Below are positions 10,968 through 21,797 of a DNA stretch of 64,000 nt, one piece after another. The stretch's first letter is position 1. Every line of letters begins with the position of its first letter. Origin of the DNA: an uncultured Nitrososphaerales archaeon (GTDB taxonomy: Archaea; Thermoproteota; Nitrososphaeria; Nitrososphaerales; Nitrososphaeraceae); assembly GCA_963709405.1 (NCBI GenBank), contig CAVPXM010000030.1:64001-128000 (forward strand), written 5' to 3'. The translations under genes and the position numbers were made by a program. Below the pieces are notes generated by a model that was given only the letters and a program-made list of their open reading frames with translations, did no database searches and had not been told where the DNA came from.

Positions 10968-12482
10968 ATGTTTGAACAACTCAAGAAAGCATTCTCATCC
11001 GCAACCAGGAGCATTTCGCAAAAGGAGATTACCTCGAAGGATTTGGAAAAGACCTTATTTGAGATTGAGCTTGATTTGCTGGAATGTGATGTTGCTCAAG
11101 AAGCTATAGATGATATTTTTGCTAAGCTAAAGGATGAATTGGTAGGGCTTAAGCTCGAAAAGGATCAGAGTTCGGAGGAATTGATCAGTTCAAGACTAGA
11201 GTATAGTCTTGCTCAAATGTTTGTCAACAGCGGGAGTATAGATCTTTTACAAAAGATTCGACTTAAGAGCGAATCGAAGTCTGGCCCATTTGTAATTGTA
11301 TTTGTCGGAATAAATGGTACCGGTAAAACTACAACAGTCGCAAAAGTTGGCAACTTACTGCAAATTAACGGATTATCAGCTGTTATGGCAGCTGCGGATA
11401 CTCATCGTTCCGGAGCTATTGAGCAGCTTTGTGCACACGGTGAGAAATTGTCATTAAGAGTGATAGCTCAGCGATATGGAGCCGATCCATCAGCAGTCGC
11501 AAGAGATGCTGTAGAATACGCTAAAAAACACCACATAGATGCAGTTCTAATTGATACGGCAGGAAGGATGCAAACCTCCAAAAATCTGATGGATGAAATT
11601 AGTAAGGTCGTCAGAGTTGTGAAACCAGATGTTAAAGTGTTTGTGGGTGACTCATTAGCTGGCAATGACACGATAAACCAAGCACGAGAATTTTTTCAAT
11701 ACACCAATTTTGATGCTGCTATTTTAACGAAAGCTGACGCTGATTCGAAAGGTGGCGCAGCAATATCTATAGTGCATATTACTTCAAAGCCTATCCTGTA
11801 TTTTGGTATCGGACAAGGATATGGTGATATTTTGCCATTCCACTATGATAAATTCTTGGGATCTATTTTTAGCAATTACCAACTGATCGATGGACAGGAT
11901 CGTTCTACCCAGGGATTCAAGAACCAAAATCAAGAGAAATCTACAAACGAGCAGGATTATCACAAACAGGAGATACGTCCAGAAACGTGTCTGGCGGTTG
12001 AGGATTCATTTAGCTCTCGGAAGGTGAATATACAGGATATGGAACAAAAGTCGTTTTCCTCGCCGCCAGCAGAAATTAATACATCATCAGAGATGTCAAA
12101 AGTCGATCCTGGCTCAGTTCCGTCTTTAACAGGATCTCAAGTCTCAAAGGAGGATGACAAATCTACATCGGGAGATCTAGATAGCCATGGCTTAGCAAGA
12201 TCAAACTCAGAAGATCCATTTCCTATGAAAAATGATGATACTATTTCAATAACTGGAAAGAAAAGGGGGCTTTTTGGGAATCTCTTCACACGTAAGAAAA
12301 AAGTTAAGAAAGAGAATGATGATGTGAAGAATAAAGACTCTGAATCAGAAAGACGATCAACTGACGCGTCGTCTGCAAATGATTTGAATGATAATAAAGG
12401 AAACAGGCGAGATACTGGAGAGACTAAAGACCACGAACCGATTTATCTTTCAGATGAGGACATTGAGGATCTCATTAAATAA
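10968..12482 (+). CDS. ftsY: signal recognition particle receptor FtsY with long C-terminal extension
   Basis: GINGTGKTTT, DTAGR, TKAD..KGG motifs. Confidence 0.95.
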   Translation: MFEQLKKAFSSATRSISQKEITSKDLEKTLFEIELDLLECDVAQEAIDDIFAKLKDELVGLKLEKDQSSEELISSRLEYSLAQMFVNSGSIDLLQKIRLKSESKSGPFVIVFVGINGTGKTTTVAKVGNLLQINGLSAVMAAADTHRSGAIEQLCAHGEKLSLRVIAQRYGADPSAVARDAVEYAKKHHIDAVLIDTAGRMQTSKNLMDEISKVVRVVKPDVKVFVGDSLAGNDTINQAREFFQYTNFDAAILTKADADSKGGAAISIVHITSKPILYFGIGQGYGDILPFHYDKFLGSIFSNYQLIDGQDRSTQGFKNQNQEKSTNEQDYHKQEIRPETCLAVEDSFSSRKVNIQDMEQKSFSSPPAEINTSSEMSKVDPGSVPSLTGSQVSKEDDKSTSGDLDSHGLARSNSEDPFPMKNDDTISITGKKRGLFGNLFTRKKKVKKENDDVKNKDSESERRSTDASSANDLNDNKGNRRDTGETKDHEPIYLSDEDIEDLIK

Positions 12483-13406
12483 TAAAAATATCCTAAGCTT
12501 AAGAGATCTTACGTCAAGTGAAATACTTTCTATTTTGAAATTAGCTGGGATATTCAAGAAGGAATTCCAAGCGAGAAAGTCTCGTCCATTACTGCGGGGG
12601 TGTATTTTGGGGATGATCTTCGAGAAACCATCTACTAGAACTAGGGTTAGTTTTGAAACAGGAATCTTCCAACTAGGAGGAAATCCTATCTACTTGGGTA
12701 TCAACGATATTCAGTTATCCAGAGGAGAATCTATAGAGGATACTGCTCGAACACTAGGTCTATATGTTGATTGCATTGTCGCGAGAATTTATGACCACTG
12801 TAATTTAGAAAGACTAGCTCGCTTTCTTCTCATGTGCCTGTAATTAACGGACTTTCTAATTCTTTTCATCCTTGTCAAATACTTGCTGACTTATTAACGA
12901 TTCATGAACATAAAAAGAAATTAAGAGGATTAAAACTAGCATGGATTGGAGATGGCAACAATGTCTGCAACGATATGCTTTTGGGCTGCGCAAAAATTGG
13001 TATAAACATAGTAGTAGCTTGTCCCAAGGGCTATGAGCCATTACAGTACGTAATAGAATTAGCAAAACAAGAGGGAACGCACACAAAGGTAGAAGTTACT
13101 ATAACCGATGATCCTGTATTCGCTGCTGAGAATGCTGACGTTATAGTAACAGATACATTCGTCTCGATGGGCAAAGATGAAGAAAAGATGGCTAGAGATA
13201 CAGCTTTCCTTCCAAAGTATCAAGTTAATTCAAATCTATTTAGCTTGGCAAAAAAAGACTGCATCTTTATGCACTGTCTTCCTGCTACACGTGGCAAAGA
13301 AGTAACCTCTGATATTATCGATGGCGATGCCTCAGTCGTATGGGATGAAGCAGAAAACAGGTTGCATGTTCAAAAAGCGTTGATGTACTTTTTACTAAAC
13401 AATTAG
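12454..13406 (+). CDS. argF: ornithine carbamoyltransferase (apparent 1-nt frameshift near 12822, likely sequence error)
   Basis: FEKPSTRTR in the first ORF; HPCQ..DL, GDGNN and FMHCLP in the second. Confidence 0.9.
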
Positions 13407-13678
13407 TCTTATTTTGTAAGTAATTGGCAATTTCTAGCACTAACGGTCCATGTTGGGTAGTGTATAATCCTAAGAATTCAGTAGAGGATGATTTTACCCC
13501 TGATATATGTGGAAACAATCTGAATAAAAAGTACAGCCAAGAACAGTGCTGCGGTAAGGAGGTTTCTATTCGGCAATATTTGCTTTTGAAATTGACTGTA
13601 AATATGTTTATAATGGTTGTTACTGGCTTACGAATTGTAAAGGGTTTAATATCCCTAAAACTGTATTGACGATATAGT

Positions 13679-14038
13679 TTGGAGCAAAAGATGTCTTCCG
13701 TAGAACAAATAATTGATGCTCTGTCAGCCCTCGAAAATGACCTGGATAGCCTTAACTTAAGGGTCATTGAAATGAAAAAACGAATTATAGCCTATTCCAC
13801 TACAGAAATCGAGAAGCAAAAAGAGAGAGTTATTGCCATCGCCAACGAGGATGCTAAGAAAATTATTGAAACTGCAAGAAAAGAAGCTGAAAATGAATCT
13901 TCAGTCATTATGGCCGAGACAGAGAAGAGTGTTGCAGCAACAAAAAAGAATATCGATAACTCATTTTCTCAAGCAGTAGACTTTGTAGTAAAGACGATTT
14001 CTGGCCAGACCAATCATTTTCATGCCAAAAATACTTAG
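13679..14038 (+). CDS. coiled-coil protein, probable A/V-type ATP synthase subunit H/G-like
   Basis: Helical E/K/A-rich pattern (AKKIIETARKEAE..AVDFVVK). Confidence 0.55.
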   Translation: MEQKMSSVEQIIDALSALENDLDSLNLRVIEMKKRIIAYSTTEIEKQKERVIAIANEDAKKIIETARKEAENESSVIMAETEKSVAATKKNIDNSFSQAVDFVVKTISGQTNHFHAKNT

Positions 14039-14217
14039 AAATGCAGCAGGAGGATTCGAAGCTGAGAAGAATAATTAAGTGCCATTTCGAACCAATTAAT
14101 TGTGCCTATCATGACCCCTTAATAAATTCTTGATATTACTTAAATTGTGGGAAAGTAACATGATATTATGATCAAATGAATATAATAGGTATTCATAAAG
14201 TTTAATAATAATTTGAT

Positions 14218-14883
14218 TTGAGATTGACTTTAGATGGAGCGCCCCTAGATAGACAAGAGTCCAGATATACAGTTACTGTTGCCACTGTTTATGGCCGGTC
14301 ATATTATAATATTGTTAACGCATTGAAATTGATGGATTTAACATACGAATCCTTATCACCAGAGCAGGTAGACTCATCAGACACAAGACTGGTGATTACC
14401 ACGAAAGATGAATCTGGAATTATACACAAAAAAAATATTCTCCTAGATACCGAACTAGATAGATACCCTATTCTTTCAAAAGCCAAAATATTGTATACAA
14501 TTATGGGATACTCCAAGGACGATGACCTACTTATTGGAGTTGATCCAGGGGACAGGATAGGAATATCTGTCAATTATTTTCATAACGAAATCGAAAGCTT
14601 CGTAGAGCGTTCACCAGAATCTGCCATCAAAATTATATCTGTGATTCTATCCGGAATTAGATCAGGAAAGAAGGTAGTAAAGATCGGTGACGGTAATATT
14701 ATTATGTGTAAGTATATTGCGGAGGCCATAAAAATGAGATTCAAGGATTCAGTAGATATTGAGATTGTTGATGAATATGGTACATCTTTACGGCGTAATG
14801 TATATGCAAACAGACGCGGAATTAGGGATCGCTCATCTGCAAAAGTGATCGCATTTAGGAGAGGCAGGCATTTTAACTCATAA
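14218..14883 (+). CDS. hypothetical protein with RNase H-like motifs
   Basis: IGVDPG..G, KIGDG, VDEYGTS and D..SA..IA motifs. Confidence 0.65.
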   Translation: MRLTLDGAPLDRQESRYTVTVATVYGRSYYNIVNALKLMDLTYESLSPEQVDSSDTRLVITTKDESGIIHKKNILLDTELDRYPILSKAKILYTIMGYSKDDDLLIGVDPGDRIGISVNYFHNEIESFVERSPESAIKIISVILSGIRSGKKVVKIGDGNIIMCKYIAEAIKMRFKDSVDIEIVDEYGTSLRRNVYANRRGIRDRSSAKVIAFRRGRHFNS

Positions 14884-15171
14884 TCTTATACACCTAGTAC
14901 GATCTGTTAGACGGCGACAGCCAGGGTACAAATCGGCGATGGATCACGACAACCCGCTATGGCATACATGTTTGTAGATGATATTATTGCTCTCTCAAAT
15001 TAATATTTCGTGAATCACCATAAACTTGATAATATTTCCAATCTCGATCATCTCTGATATTAAATTTTTTAATTAAAAATAAATTACCTTAATAAAATAC
15101 TCATATAAATTTAAATAGTGTATATCAGAATATAAAAGTAGGTAAAAATATTTTACCCTGGATATGTTAGA

Positions 15172-15426
15172 ATGACTTGTAAGGATATCTGCCTACATCA
15201 CAAGGCTCAAAAACCAGTTGGTTCTGGTCGGTATGCTATTGGACAAAAACGTTGTCAGATATGTGAAATATTTCTCAAATGGGATGGGCTATGGTGTCCT
15301 TGTTGTGGCTATAGATTAAGAACTAAGCCACGAAACCTGAAGTACAAGGCTAAACTTAGAGCAAGAAAAAAGGCTCAAACACAAATTATAAGACCGGCAT
15401 TTATTCGTGTTGAAAAGAATGTATAA
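15172..15426 (+). CDS. small basic zinc-finger protein
   Basis: CKDIC, CQIC and CPCC motifs with a basic tail. Confidence 0.8.
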   Translation: MTCKDICLHHKAQKPVGSGRYAIGQKRCQICEIFLKWDGLWCPCCGYRLRTKPRNLKYKAKLRARKKAQTQIIRPAFIRVEKNV

Positions 15427-15560
15427 TAATATGTAGTGAATACTACCAATTATGCCAGCAGCAGAATCACTGTCCAAGAATTTTTCTTACGGCTTATTAG
15501 GTTTTGATTGTGATACTCTGTAAATAATTACTTATCATCCGGAGAGGTATAATACATATA

Positions 15561-17037
15561 ATGAGAAGCCTGCGCAAACCGGCCCGGTTTAACTACGACC
15601 TGCGCGGCTTTCTCAATCTACTAGAGAAGAATAACGATCTTGTCACGATACAGAAAGCAGTCAGTTCAAAATTTGAGATCTCGGCGATAGTTAGCAAATT
15701 TGAGAGAAAACAGGCAGTAATGTTTGAAAGGGTAAGGGGCAGTAAGATCAAGGTCGCATGTAATATTCTGGGAACCAGAAAGAGATTCTCAATGGCGGTT
15801 GGAACAAGTGACGAAAGTCTAATTCATTCACACATTATTAAATCACTCTCCTCAAGTTGTGAACCACGTAGGCTGCTAGGCCGTGCACCGTTCGATCAAA
15901 ACTCATCACGTAATTTGTTAGTCCTTCCTATAGTTACCCATTTTGAAAAAGATGCAGGACCGTATATCACTTCATCAATTGTTTTTGTGAAGGACCACGA
16001 AAGTGGTAACCAAAATTCATCTACTCATCGATTATTGAGATTAGATGACAGGCATATGGTAATTAGGATGGTTGAAGGTAGACATTTGCACAAATGCTTT
16101 ACATATGCAAAAGATCATGGGGAAGATTTGAAAATCGCGATTGCAATTGGTGTCCATCCTTCGGTAAGTATTGGCAGCGGCATATCAGGCTGCATATGGT
16201 GTTGATGAGATGCTAATCGCAAATTCTTTGCTAGAAAATCAGCTGACTCTGAGCAAGCTGGATTATTCGCAATTGTTTGTTCCAACCCATGCTGAAATAG
16301 TTCTGGAAGGTCGAATTCTGAGGGACAAAACTCAAGAGGAGTGGATGGTAGAGATGTTGAAAACATATGATTTGAAGCGTCAACAACCCATGTTTGAACT
16401 TGAAAGAATAAGATTCAGAGAAAATGCAATATTTCATGATATTTTACCGGGCTTCGCAGAACATCGATTGCTAATGGGTATGCCAGTAGAAGCAAAACTC
16501 TTGGGGGACGTTAGAAACGCTGTGACGAATACCAAAGCTGTCTATTTGACTGAAGGCGGTAGCAGTTGGTTAACTGCTGTCATTCAGATCAAAAAGAGAC
16601 TTGAAGGTGAACCAAAAAATGTTATAATCGCAGCACTAGCCTCGCATCGCTCGCTGAAAATAGTTATTGTGGTAGATGAGGATATCGATCCCACGAACCC
16701 TATTGCTGTTGAATATGCTCTATCTACCAGATGCCAAGCAGATAGAGATCTTGTTATAATTCCGAATGCCAAAGGATCTAGTCTTGATCCTTCTAGTGAT
16801 CAGCACAATTTACTCACCGCGAAGCTAGGTATAGATGCGACTGCAACCCTTCTAAAAGCCAAGGACGGGTTTGAGATTGCAAAAATTCCAGGGGAGGAGA
16901 ATTTAAAAGTTTCAGACTATGTTTCCTACAAACACAGAAAAGAGAAATCGGTAATGACTGATTCTTCACAACAATTGCATGACCTATTGGACGAATCAAG
17001 CAACAGCTTGAAATACCGTTCCCAGAATGATGTTTAG
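15561..17037 (+). CDS. UbiD-family prFMN decarboxylase (possibly anhydromevalonate-phosphate decarboxylase); apparent frameshift near 16172
   Basis: DAGPYITS, AEIVLEG, VVDEDID..VEYA..TR, SSLDPS, KLGIDAT spread over two ORFs. Confidence 0.85.
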
Positions 17038-17284
17038 TTTCCGATTTGTTTTTTTGTGAATCTGCTTAGGTATCGCCACGTCAGTTTGATACTACCCATT
17101 CTGGTATTGCATCGGAGGTAATTATGAAGGTAAACAATTTGAATTGAATGACCTGCTTCTGAAACATAGTGGGATGTATGTCATAACAATGGTTCTACGA
17201 TTGGTAAATACCAGCTGGACAGTGAATTCGCTATTAGGAACATATAAATGCAAATAATAGCGATCTGATGTAGGGGCCTGCTCA

Positions 17285-17863
17285 TTGAAAGATCGGTTTA
17301 TCCATGGGAATCTCATCATTCTTTACGCCATCGATAGATCCGCGTCGGTAATAGAGGGACTGCCTGACCATATACTTAAGAGAGCAAGATTGTGTCTCGA
17401 TACATTTGGAACTATAATGCGATCAAAACCAGACAAAAATAAAACCACGATCTTTGTCGTGGCAAATCCGAATTCCATTAAATATCTTAAGCAGGAGCTA
17501 ACGAAAGGAGGAATTGACGAGGACAAAATCGTATTCGATACTATCTCCAACAATGTGCGACAAACTTGTGATAGTGTTATTAAATATGTCCAGAATAGGG
17601 TTAATCCTCCAAAGATTTATTTTATCGGATCGGCGTGGCTAAGAGAATCCTTTGATTCAATTGTCCTATCAAAGCTTAAAGAATACAACGTACAATTCGA
17701 AGGTGCCCTAGACAGTAGATCGGTTGCAGAAACTGATAACGAAAAAGCAGCGGATAGTCCGAAGAAGGGAATACAGTTTTACAAGAAACAAGCGAAAGAT
17801 AAGGCCGCAAATATGCTCCTCAACTTACTTTTCCCGGCTAAGAAAGAAGTTTCAAAACGTTAA
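17285..17863 (+). CDS. hypothetical protein
   Basis: 192-aa ORF. Confidence 0.6.
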   Translation: MKDRFIHGNLIILYAIDRSASVIEGLPDHILKRARLCLDTFGTIMRSKPDKNKTTIFVVANPNSIKYLKQELTKGGIDEDKIVFDTISNNVRQTCDSVIKYVQNRVNPPKIYFIGSAWLRESFDSIVLSKLKEYNVQFEGALDSRSVAETDNEKAADSPKKGIQFYKKQAKDKAANMLLNLLFPAKKEVSKR

Positions 17864-17901
17864 GATTTAATACCTATTTTATTACTGGAGAATACTAGAG
17901 T

Positions 17902-18029
17902 GCGGTCATCGTCTAGTTTGGTTAGGACACTGGCCTTCCAGGTGTTTTGATTGACACGGGGTTAGCCCGTAACCCGGGACTTTGTTTTATTAACGATACA
18001 AAGCGGGAATTCAAATCCCGGTGGCCGCA
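17902..18029 (+). tRNA. tRNA-Gly(TCC) with two BHB introns (37/38: 17941-17963; 53/54: 17979-18009)
   Basis: Removing both introns gives GCGGTCATCGTCTAGTTTGGTTAGGACACTGGCCTTCCAAGCCCGTAACCCGGGTTCAAATCCCGGTGGCCGCA. Both junctions form BHB-like motifs. TATA-like TTTAATA lies about 30 nt upstream. Confidence 0.92.
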
Positions 18030-18274
18030 TTCATGCAATTAATACTATATATTACATCTATCGCAAGCTCACGTAATCATAACCCCGTTTCAGAAACGAT
18101 AGGCTAATTATCAGAATTTTGTGTCTTCTATATAAGATATAAAAACAAATGGAGCAAGAAGGAACTCCTATTGAAATTTTCAGCTCGCTATCCTGTAGGG
18201 GATAAAGGTTGATATTGCATATAAAGTCAGATAATTTGTGTGATCAAAGGCATAAAGGTTATACGTGATGACTA

Positions 18275-18823
18275 ATGGAGGTCGCGACCTTGAGAATTGG
18301 CCATAGACTGGTTCGTGACGATCGTGTAACTACACACTCTGCATTGGTAGCGAGAGCATTTGGTTGCAATAAAATTTACATGTCAGACGTGGATGACTCT
18401 ATAATCCACACCGTCGAAAAAGTCGCAAAAAATTGGGGTCAGTCTGATTTTTTGATTGAGATATATCGTGATTGGAAGGAGGTGGTACAAACATGGAAGA
18501 AGGATGGCGGAAAGATCATTCACTTGACTATGTATGGGATCAATGTAGATGACATTATCGAGACCGTTAGAGTTGAAACCAAAATCCTTGTTATTATTGG
18601 TGCAAGAAAGGTTCCAAGAGAACTGTATGATATTGCGGATATGAATATTGCTGTAGGAAATCAACCACATTCTGAAATCGCTGCCTTGGCAATATTTTTG
18701 GATAGAATTTTTAATGGAAACGAGCTAAAGAAGCAATTCAGTAAAGCAAGCTATAAAATAATCCCTGCCGCAAGAGGCAAGAATGTGCAGCGTCGATCAG
18801 TGAATGATCGGTTTAATATTTAG
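18275..18823 (+). CDS. trm56: tRNA (cytidine56-2'-O)-methyltransferase
   Basis: LRIGHR..RDDRVTTH..LVARAFG, HLTMYG, GNQPHSEIAALA. Confidence 0.93.
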   Translation: MEVATLRIGHRLVRDDRVTTHSALVARAFGCNKIYMSDVDDSIIHTVEKVAKNWGQSDFLIEIYRDWKEVVQTWKKDGGKIIHLTMYGINVDDIIETVRVETKILVIIGARKVPRELYDIADMNIAVGNQPHSEIAALAIFLDRIFNGNELKKQFSKASYKIIPAARGKNVQRRSVNDRFNI

Positions 18824-18988
18824 GATCTCTTAGTGTAAAATGCCAGTGATAGTACATATACGATGAACCAAGTATAATCAATCGGATAGGCCATACTGGG
18901 GTTTCATGATACACTCCTGTCAATATATTGGATGGTTAGAGAAAGCCTTAAAGTAATGTATTTGATCAAGAGGAATGGTACAAAGGGG

Positions 18989-21712
18989 ATGGCGGGAATT
19001 ACTGAGATTAATGACTCTAAAGAGAATGCTATCTTGCGTATAAGAAAAAGAGATGGAAGAGTGGTCAGTTTTGTGCAATCGAAGATATCGAATGCAATTT
19101 ACAAGGCCTTGGTCGCAACAGGTAGGGCTGATTATGCAGTAGCGGATAGATTAGCTGGCGACGTAGTCCAGAAGATGCTCCAACATGGCTATAGATCTAG
19201 CGAGAAAACATCACTTCCAAGCGTTGAGGATGTTCAGGATATGGTAGAATCTATACTCATTGAAGAGGGATTCTCTGAGACGGCGAAGGCTTATATATTA
19301 TACCGACACGAAAGGCGAAAAATTCGTGACGAAAAGATGAAGATTCTAAATAAGAGAGATCTTGATGAAGTGGATAAAGTATTTGATGTGAATTCACTTA
19401 GGGTTTTAGCAGCAAGATATCTGCTAAGAGATAGTTATGGTAATATTATAGAAGGCCCTAAACAGATGTTTGAACGAGTTGCGATTCTGGTAACAATTCC
19501 AGATATCATACATGATTCTTTACTGTTTGATTTAAATGGCATTCACAGGCAGAATATTGACGAGGCAGCTGTCTATTATTCAAAGACGGAAGATTTTCAT
19601 TTAAAGCTAAAAATCGGAGATTTCCTGTTAAATAAATACCATTTTGAATCGCTGATTCGAGTTTATATCGATCTTTCAAAGCAAGGACACATGAAACTTA
19701 GTTTCAAACAGATGCTTAGATTAATCGCTGAAGGTAAACTATCGGCGTACGAGCAGAGAATTAAAGAATACTATGAACTGATGACATCCAGAGATTTTCT
19801 TCCAAATACTCCTACGTTAATGAATGCAGGTACGAGGCTGGGACAACTATCTGCATGCTTTGTTTTGGAGATGCCTGATGATATGTACGGCATTATGAAA
19901 TCGTCAACCGACGCGGCAATGATCTTTAAATCTGGAGGAGGCGTCGGAATCAATTATTCCGATCTGCGTCCAGAAGGTGATATCGTTGCATCCACATCAG
20001 GAGTCGCATCTGGACCCACATCATTCATGAGGATTATCGATACCGTTACTGACGTTGTAAAACAGGGAGGAAAGAGACGCGGAGCAAACATGGGTATATT
20101 GGAAGCATGGCACCCTGACATTGAAAAATTTGTCACCGCAAAAACCAAACCCGGCGTATTCGAGAATTTTAACGTTAGTGTAGGAATGTTGGAAGATTTC
20201 TGGAATGCGCTTATGAATAAGGACAATCCCAAATATGCACTGCGAAATCCACGAACTAAAGAAGTTATAAGACAAATAGATCCTCATCAATTGATGGATT
20301 TAATTGCTTTTAGCGCATGGAAGAGTGCTGAACCCGGCGTAATTTTCTTTGATAATATTAACAAATATAATCCATGTATGAAGGCGAAGGGTGGTCCTTT
20401 AAGAGCAACTAATCCATGTGGCGAACAATCGCTATATCCGTACGAATCATGCAACCTTGGTTCGATAAACCTAGCAAACTTTGTAAAGCGAAAAGCTGAC
20501 GGAATGTACGAATTTGACTGGCAGAGATATGAACAAGCTATTAGATTATCTTCCAGATTTCTAGACAACATAATTGATATGAACAAATATCCTGTCCAAG
20601 AAATCGAAGATAATACCAAGCTCACAAGACGGATTGGTCTTGGAATAATGGGTATTGCAGATCTTTTGTTCTTGCTTGGAATTCCATACAATTCAAAAGA
20701 TGGGTATGATCATATGAACAAACTCGCTGAAGCAATCTCCTATTACAGCATGGAAGAAAGCGTAGCTATAGCAAAATCAAGGGGCTCATTCCCGCTCTTC
20801 AAGGAGACGGAATATGTCAATGGCAAAATACCCATTGCAGGATACTATGATCTGCCTAAAGAATCACATTCATATGATTGGAATTCGTTAATTGTAAAGA
20901 TCAAAAAACACGGTATAAGGAATTCATGGACAACTACGATTGCGCCAACAGGAACACTGTCCATGATCGCCGATACTTCTAATGGTATAGAACCCATCTT
21001 TGCAGTTGTCTTCGAGAAACGTGTAACAGTTGGAAGATTCTTTTATACTAATAGAATTTTCGAAAATATGTTGAAGCTGAACAGATTGTATGATGATGAT
21101 ATTCTTACTAAGATAGCAAATAATTATGGATCAATCAGCGGTCTTTCTGAAATACCAGAGTCAATACAGAATATCTTTGTAACTGCAATTGATATTCATT
21201 GGACAGATCACCTGATGGCACAAGCAATATGGCAAAAATGGATTTCTAATGCTATTGCAAAAACAATCAATATGCCCGGCGATGTAACTGTCGATGATGT
21301 GAAACGTGCATATCTTTTATCTCACGAACTAGGCTTGAAAGGTGTTACCGTATATCGAGACGGTTCAAGACATGAACAAGTATTGCATATCACTGGCGAG
21401 AATAGACTTGAGAAGAGAGGCGCTACGAAACCAAGTGAATTCGTGCAAGATTATATATTTACCAACATAATGGAGCCCTATGTTAAGCAACAATTGGAAC
21501 CAGTGTTTAGGGAACCAGCGATTCAGGAAGATACCAGTCAAGGTATGGATTTTGATAAAAGTCCGACACTGTCTCCAGAATCGATATCGACATCACATTT
21601 ATTTGAAATACCCGCAGGGGAAATCTGTCCATGCTGCAATTCAAGGTTAATAATCACAGAAGGCTGTAGCATGTGTATTGAGTGCGGATTTAGTAACTGC
21701 GCGTCAGGATGA
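18989..21712 (+). CDS. nrdJ: class II (AdoCbl-dependent) ribonucleotide reductase with N-terminal ATP-cone
   Basis: IRKRDG ATP-cone, PTLMNAG..QLSAC, RRGA, TNPCGE, SCNLGSINL, C-terminal Cys cluster. Confidence 0.93.
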   Translation: MAGITEINDSKENAILRIRKRDGRVVSFVQSKISNAIYKALVATGRADYAVADRLAGDVVQKMLQHGYRSSEKTSLPSVEDVQDMVESILIEEGFSETAKAYILYRHERRKIRDEKMKILNKRDLDEVDKVFDVNSLRVLAARYLLRDSYGNIIEGPKQMFERVAILVTIPDIIHDSLLFDLNGIHRQNIDEAAVYYSKTEDFHLKLKIGDFLLNKYHFESLIRVYIDLSKQGHMKLSFKQMLRLIAEGKLSAYEQRIKEYYELMTSRDFLPNTPTLMNAGTRLGQLSACFVLEMPDDMYGIMKSSTDAAMIFKSGGGVGINYSDLRPEGDIVASTSGVASGPTSFMRIIDTVTDVVKQGGKRRGANMGILEAWHPDIEKFVTAKTKPGVFENFNVSVGMLEDFWNALMNKDNPKYALRNPRTKEVIRQIDPHQLMDLIAFSAWKSAEPGVIFFDNINKYNPCMKAKGGPLRATNPCGEQSLYPYESCNLGSINLANFVKRKADGMYEFDWQRYEQAIRLSSRFLDNIIDMNKYPVQEIEDNTKLTRRIGLGIMGIADLLFLLGIPYNSKDGYDHMNKLAEAISYYSMEESVAIAKSRGSFPLFKETEYVNGKIPIAGYYDLPKESHSYDWNSLIVKIKKHGIRNSWTTTIAPTGTLSMIADTSNGIEPIFAVVFEKRVTVGRFFYTNRIFENMLKLNRLYDDDILTKIANNYGSISGLSEIPESIQNIFVTAIDIHWTDHLMAQAIWQKWISNAIAKTINMPGDVTVDDVKRAYLLSHELGLKGVTVYRDGSRHEQVLHITGENRLEKRGATKPSEFVQDYIFTNIMEPYVKQQLEPVFREPAIQEDTSQGMDFDKSPTLSPESISTSHLFEIPAGEICPCCNSRLIITEGCSMCIECGFSNCASG

Positions 21713-21797
21713 GTGTCAAACTGGAATGTTTCTATAGCCAGGCGTTAACTGAAATAAGTTGATGTTGATTAGTCACATCAGGGCTAGATGTGAGAAT

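Noticed and set aside
13483-13524. Possible C/D-box sRNA (AGGATGA..CTGA..CTGA)
   Set aside because: The guide segments would be only 6-8 nt and the C and C' boxes are imperfect.
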